Below are positions 58,265-64,000 of a stretch of 64,000 bases of DNA, piece after piece (position 1 is the first letter of the stretch; each line of letters opens with the position of its first letter). Both the position numbers and the translations under genes were made by a program. The stretch comes from Eledone cirrhosa (taxonomy: Eukaryota), in the NCBI GenBank assembly GCA_964016885.1, contig OZ024762.1, positions 22,010,001 through 22,074,000 of the forward strand. Reading direction: 5' to 3'. The notes below the pieces were generated by a model that saw only the letters and a program-made list of their open reading frames with translations, was not told the DNA's origin and did no database searches.

Positions 58265-58722
58265 CCAGAAAAGAATCACTGGACAGATTTTACAGGCAAA
58301 ACCAACCGGCATGAGCCCCAGAGGTAGATCCCGAGCAAGATGGTTGGATAGCATCTATGAGCTTGGCTGGTCACGCTCGGGGATCCAGCCGAATCAGTTG
58401 GAAACGGTTGCTTCTGACAGGACCAGCTGAAAGGATTGTTTGAGCGCTTTGCCCTCACGACCCTCTGAGGAATAAGTGCACGACGACGACGTAGAAGAAG
58501 CAGAAGAAGACAAAGAAGAAAAAGACATTGTGCTGTCTCTATGGTGTCTTAATATTTTGTAAATGTATTATGCTGAGACATAGCTAAAAGTAATACCATC
58601 AGAGTTGTTACTGTTTGGGGATGCAGCTGGATCAGTTAGAGTTGGTTGCTTTTGACAGGACCCGCTAGAAAGAGTATTTGAGGACTCTACCTCCACGAGC
58701 CTCTCGGGAATAAGTGGGCGAC
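58265..58722 (+). mobile_element. Two RTE (Expander-like) 3'-end fragments
   Basis: Homologous to 20660-20886 (CAAAACCAACCGGCA..AG.CCCAGAGGTAGA...GGGGATCCAGCC...GACAGGACC). Confidence 0.8.
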
Positions 58723-58756
58723 TATATATATATTTATATATGTATAGTGTTATTGA

Positions 58757-58797
<41 letters not shown>

Positions 58798-59266
58798 CAA
58801 AAAGTTGTAAAACCAGGGAAAGGAAATGGCAAAGAAATATAGATGATGAATCGATCCCAGTACTGGACTGGTTCTTTCTTTGACGGTTTTGAAAGTCTAT
58901 TCGACGTTTTTAATGATTCTGCCAAGTCACCAACTTTTAGAAAAACTGCCTAACTACTAAGAAGTCCTATGTATAGCAATATTTCGATTTATCTATGGTG
59001 TTGGCAACTTTCCAAGATGGCGTTCTCTTAGTTCATGATATTATTACTCCCCCCTCCCCCCCCACCATCAACACACTTCTATATAGCCGCAATATATCTC
59101 TTGCTTTAGCCCTATATATATGTATGTATGTTTATATATATATATATATGTTTGTGTGTGAGTGTGTGTGTGTCTATGATTTTATATGTATGTGTGGATG
59201 TATATATGTATGTGTATGTATACATATATATATGTATGTGTATGTATAAATATATATATGTATGTC

Positions 59267-59304
<38 letters not shown>

Positions 59305-59876
59305 CATGTGTGTGTTTATATATGTATGTGTATGTATATATATATATATGTATGTTTATATATGTATGTATATATATATATGTATGTTTATATATATATG
59401 TGTATGTTTATATATGTATGTATATATATATATGTATGTTTATATATATATGTGTATGTATATATATGTATGTTTATATATGTATATATGCATGTATGTA
59501 TATATATATAATTTCACATATATAAATATATATATATACGTACATACATATATATAATGTTTTGATATATTCGATAGACTTTGATCTTGTGATCTTTAAG
59601 TATAATTATAGGTCCCCAGTAACATAGAGAGTAGTTCTGAGTTCCAGTAATCAATGAGCTTTCATTTTTGGCATAAACAAATCTATTTAACTGACCATGT
59701 CATGTGACCACCATCTTAATGGCTGTTGAATCAATCCGGAAGAAAATGAGTGGTTTTCGGCCTTAACTATATATGTATCTAGTGGTTTCCAGAGGTTGAA
59801 GGAAGAAATGGGACTGTCCGTTTTTCCGATCTTGTTTTATTTTTGTTGTTTGTTTTTATCTTGCACGCCCCTTCTT

Positions 59877-59933
<57 letters not shown>

Positions 59934-59937
59934 TATA

Positions 59938-60186
59938 TCATCACTACAACAGAGGTCCGACGAGATTTTGATTCCAGAGTCGGGCTAGATCGATGCAGAC
60001 CGAACCTTGAGCTGATCAATAGCGAAACGCGCGTCATCAACCAATAAACGTAATGAAGGAGTAATCATTCGTCCTTGTTTTATTATATTCCACTCTGTCT
60101 AGCTCTCCACCTCGATACCGACGTGAACCTAAACATCGAGTGCTCACCCGGGTGAACCTACAGTAACTCCACGATACACTTCCTGG

Positions 60187-60187
<1 letters not shown>
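59938..60187 (+). mobile_element. TA-embedded element with degenerate long-stem-II hammerhead
   Basis: CCGACGA (59957; U4 changed to C)...GATCAATAGC-GAAAC-GCGC-GTC (60024-60035), AATAAA at 60043, CGAGTGCT about 43 nt before the TA tract. Confidence 0.65.
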
Positions 60188-60244
<57 letters not shown>

Positions 60245-60251
<7 letters not shown>

Positions 60252-60479
60252 CGCAAAATAAGAAAATTTAAAAAAAAATTTTTTTTTAAATTAACTTACT
60301 TACTTAAAGTAAGTTAATTTTTTTAAAAATTTTTTTAAAAATTTTCTTATTTTACGTCTTTTATATTATTGTTCTGCATTCTCCTGCATTGAACCACCTA
60401 GGTACTATGACATAACCTGTGTATTTGCTGGCATTAGCGTACATCTGTGCGCTTATGTTAGTAGATATATTAAATTATC

Positions 60480-60480
<1 letters not shown>
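60245..60480 (+). mobile_element. TA-embedded fold-back element with tail
   Basis: Imperfect arms 60245-60300 and 60308-60364 plus unique tail. Confidence 0.6.
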
Positions 60481-60510
<30 letters not shown>

Positions 60511-60564
60511 AGGATGAATATAAAATGAAAGTGCTTTTATTAAAAAAGGAATTTATTAGGTATT

Positions 60565-60673
60565 GACATATGTTTCTGTAACAGACCGAATACCTATGTA
60601 TCGCTGCTTGCGTAATCATATAATGTTAGCAAGTATTCGATAGCAAATGTATAATCAGTTGTCACTTCTTCAG
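60565..60673 (-). ncRNA. Long-stem-II hammerhead-like motif with poor stem I
   Basis: Minus strand CTGAAGA-A-GTGACA...TGTTAC-A-GAAAC-ATAT-GTC then AATAAA; TA-flanked island 60508-60740. Confidence 0.55.
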
Positions 60674-61079
60674 AGATTTTGGATAAATTGGATAAAATCA
60701 GAAAAATTGAAGTATTTATATTAGTAAAAGAGAAAGGAACATATATATATATATAATAGAGAGAGAGATTGACATGTAAACTCCCGACCTTGGCTCCAAC
60801 CGACACTCTTCATCTCCCCGTACATTTAGCACTCCCATTATTAGTAGTTTCCCAGGTCCTAGCAGTGCGCCCCCCCCCTCTTCTCTCTCACTCACTCACT
60901 CACTCACTCACTCACTCACTCACTCACTCACTCACTCACTCACTCACTCACTCACTCACTCACTCTATATATATATGCGAAAGCATGGAAATATCTTCTT
61001 GATCGAATTAAATTCCACTGTATATATTAACAGCGATTGCATAATAAATAAATGAAGTAAATTCTAACCTGATGACTTA

Positions 61080-61120
<41 letters not shown>

Positions 61121-61305
61121 ATGTATGTATATTTACACACATACCTACATATATATATATATATATACATACATACATACCTATATATATGTATATATAT
61201 ATATACATTCATACCTATATATACATATATATATACACGTACATAACTACCTATATATATTTATATATATATATATATATACATACATATATATATACAT
61301 ACATA

Positions 61306-61348
<43 letters not shown>

Positions 61349-61810
61349 GAGGTGAGAAGGAGAGAGATGTCAACTAACTAAAGATACAGAGAGTGTGTGT
61401 GCGTGTATGCGTGTATGTGTAACGAATAAATGTTCTTCAGTAATGGTGGTTCAACTACAGACAAGAGGTTTGAGCCTCTAAAATTTATATTTTATTACAT
61501 TATAATAGGTGTCAGTTGCCTAGCAGACCAGAACGCAACATATTCCTCTACTAAGGTCACGTGATAGATTATAGCGTTCTTTTAATGCACTGATCTCTGA
61601 ACTCCATTTTAACGTCTTCTGCCAAATAAAGAAAAGATTTTCTTTTTAATTTTTAATGGTTTTTTACTGTTTAGTAAAGGAGGAAAGGCCAGTGGCCGTG
61701 ACCCCAGGTTTTCAGAGAGTGGAGGGTTGGTAGGGACAGGGATTGGGAGATTGTACCTATAATCCTTTTCGAGGGCCTCACAGATATTTACATATATGTT
61801 TGTATACATA

Positions 61811-61878
<68 letters not shown>

Positions 61879-61900
61879 CATATATATATTTATGTATGTG

Positions 61901-61968
<68 letters not shown>

Positions 61969-61986
61969 GATATATATATATATATG

Positions 61987-62035
<49 letters not shown>

Positions 62036-62087
62036 TATACATATGTGTGTGTATATATATATATGCACATACATAAATATATATATG

Positions 62088-62122
<35 letters not shown>

Positions 62123-62212
62123 CATATACATAAAGTTAAAGTTACTCGAAGACAAATTGCCAGTGAGAATATATATATATATATATAGACGTATATATAT
62201 ATGTACGTGTAC

Positions 62213-62251
<39 letters not shown>

Positions 62252-62849
62252 GTATGTATGAATTTACACATTATTATATATGCGTGTTGTATAGATAAAT
62301 ACATACACACTTCCATACACACACACACACACACATACAAACTTATCTGTAGGTAATCTGAATTCATAGCAAAAAATGGCAGCCGACACAGGTGGCACGT
62401 AGAGAGAGAGAGAGAAAGAGCGAGAGAGAGGAATGTCAGCTGATACACGAATACACTCAGTGACACTGAATGGTGTGTCTTGGTGTACTGCTGTGTTGGT
62501 GCACCTAGCTCAGGTCAACTTCTCTTCCATCTTTTTAAAGAAGCCGTTTATGGATGACTCCCGCGCCGCCTTTTTGTGTACGGTACAATTACAAAGAAGC
62601 ACATAGAGACGCGCATACTTTTGAGGGCCTGCTGTGAATTTCATAGGCTGACTGTGAAACAGTGACGATTGAGTTGTGAAATTGTGCAAGCATTAATTTC
62701 AAATCTCCTTATAAATAACTGCATTGTTTCTTTCCAGGGACTTTGTTGTAAAATAAACCTCATATGGTCATTCCATGAGAATATCTTCGTCACCTTAAAA
62801 ACTTTACACCCTATGAACGTTTCAGTCGTCCCTCTTCTATACGTATATG

Positions 62850-63170
62850 TATGTAGCTTGGTGGTTATTGTGTTTGGCTAACAATAGTAAAGTCGTGATT
62901 TCGATACTCGGACCGTTCGATGAGTTGTGTCTTTGAACAAGACACTTTATTTCATGTTCCTCCAGTTCATTCTGCTGGCAAAAAAGGAATTGTACTTGTA
63001 ATTCACAGGGACCAGCCTTATCACATACTGTGTCAATCATGCTGAATATCCTCTGAAAACTAAGTTCCAAGGTACACGTGTTTGTGGTATTCTCAGCTAC
63101 TTGCATGCTATTTTCACAGATCAGGTAGTTCCGTGGAACACTCATCGTTGTAACCGACGAAGGGCGTCCA
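62850..63170 (+). mobile_element. tRNA-derived CORE-type SINE, near full length and degraded
   Basis: A box TAGCTTGGTGGTTA, B-box remnant, GTGTCTTTGAACAAGACACTTTATTTC core. Confidence 0.75.
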
Positions 63171-63195
63171 TATATTAATCGATATAGCTGTATGC

Positions 63196-63227
<32 letters not shown>

Positions 63228-63340
63228 TCAAATTAAAAGATATATGAATATATAGAGAGAGAGACAGAGCCATATAACATTAGAGAAACAGTATTTTGTA
63301 CATATGTATAAAGCATATAATATTTAGGATAAAGTATGTA

Positions 63341-63376
<36 letters not shown>

Positions 63377-63451
63377 ATCTCTATCTCTCATAGATAGATA
63401 GATAGATAGTTAGATATTGGGAAATGTGTGAAATTATAGTTAGGATTATTT

Positions 63452-63622
63452 AAAAAAGTATAAGAATGACTTCACTTGTAGTTCTAAACAATTTAATTTA
63501 ATTTCATAATTTTATAATTTTACAATTTGGTTTGGTAGACCTACCAAACCAAATTGTAAAATTATAATATTTTTAAATTAAATTAAATTGTTTAGAACTA
63601 CAAGTGAAGTCATTCTTATCCT

Positions 63623-63630
<8 letters not shown>
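63452..63630. repeat. About 180-bp palindrome adjoining (TA)n
   Basis: ATAAGAATGACTTCACTTGTAGTTCTAAACAATT...TTTGGTAG-AC-CTACCAAA...AATTGTTTAGAACTACAAGTGAAGTCATTCTTAT. Confidence 0.85.
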
Positions 63631-63668
<38 letters not shown>

Positions 63669-63860
63669 AACCGAAACCATAGTGATTCCTGGAGGTTAGC
63701 TGAGGAGATGAGGCTCTCCGTCTTTCTGGGTTTTTTTCCAATGTCTTTGTCTTGTGCGCTCCTTATTTTGAATATATATATATATATATAAGCAATGAGT
63801 TAGAAACTTTGTTGATATGTAATCATTTTGAATTGATCATATTTTATACATCTAATAGTG

Positions 63861-63919
63861 TGTTTTGTTTGAAGAAGGCATACTATAACTTAGTATCCCT
63901 GAAATTATATAACGAAATA
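63861..63919 (+). ncRNA. Degenerate family-A-type hammerhead
   Basis: TGTTTTGT-TTGAAGA-AGG-CATACTA...TAGTAT-CCCT-GAAATTATATA-ACGAAATA; C3 changed to T. Confidence 0.55.
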
Positions 63920-64000
63920 AATTATGATGCTATAGTGATATATTTTACATTTATTACTATTATATGTATTACTGGTACATTATTTTATCGACCCCGTAAG

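Overview
Eukaryotic, gene-poor, repeat-saturated DNA. The SINE families and extreme (TA)n/(TATG)n load suggest an octopod cephalopod; this is inferred from recognition, not a database search. Almost every ORF in the supplied track is a microsatellite artefact. Real content: huge AT microsatellites, tRNA-derived SINEs, dead RTE, CR1-like and R4/Dong-like LINE fragments, a deleted mariner, two Helitron 3' ends, several minisatellites and one plausible small host exon. The main result is a set of about ten or more mutually dissimilar short non-coding elements (about 150-650 bp), nearly all embedded in (TA)n tracts and sharing one architecture: an inverted (fold-back) 5' arm, a type I hammerhead ribozyme (CUGANGA...GAAA..NUH, with stems paired by hand), an AATAAA just after the cleavage site, and a unique 3' tail often carrying a GAGTRCT motif. 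They read as non-autonomous Penelope-like (pLTR) or retrozyme-like elements targeting TA microsatellites. One of them has been amplified into an 8-copy tandem array. Coordinates were counted by hand; ends of degraded repeats are approximate.
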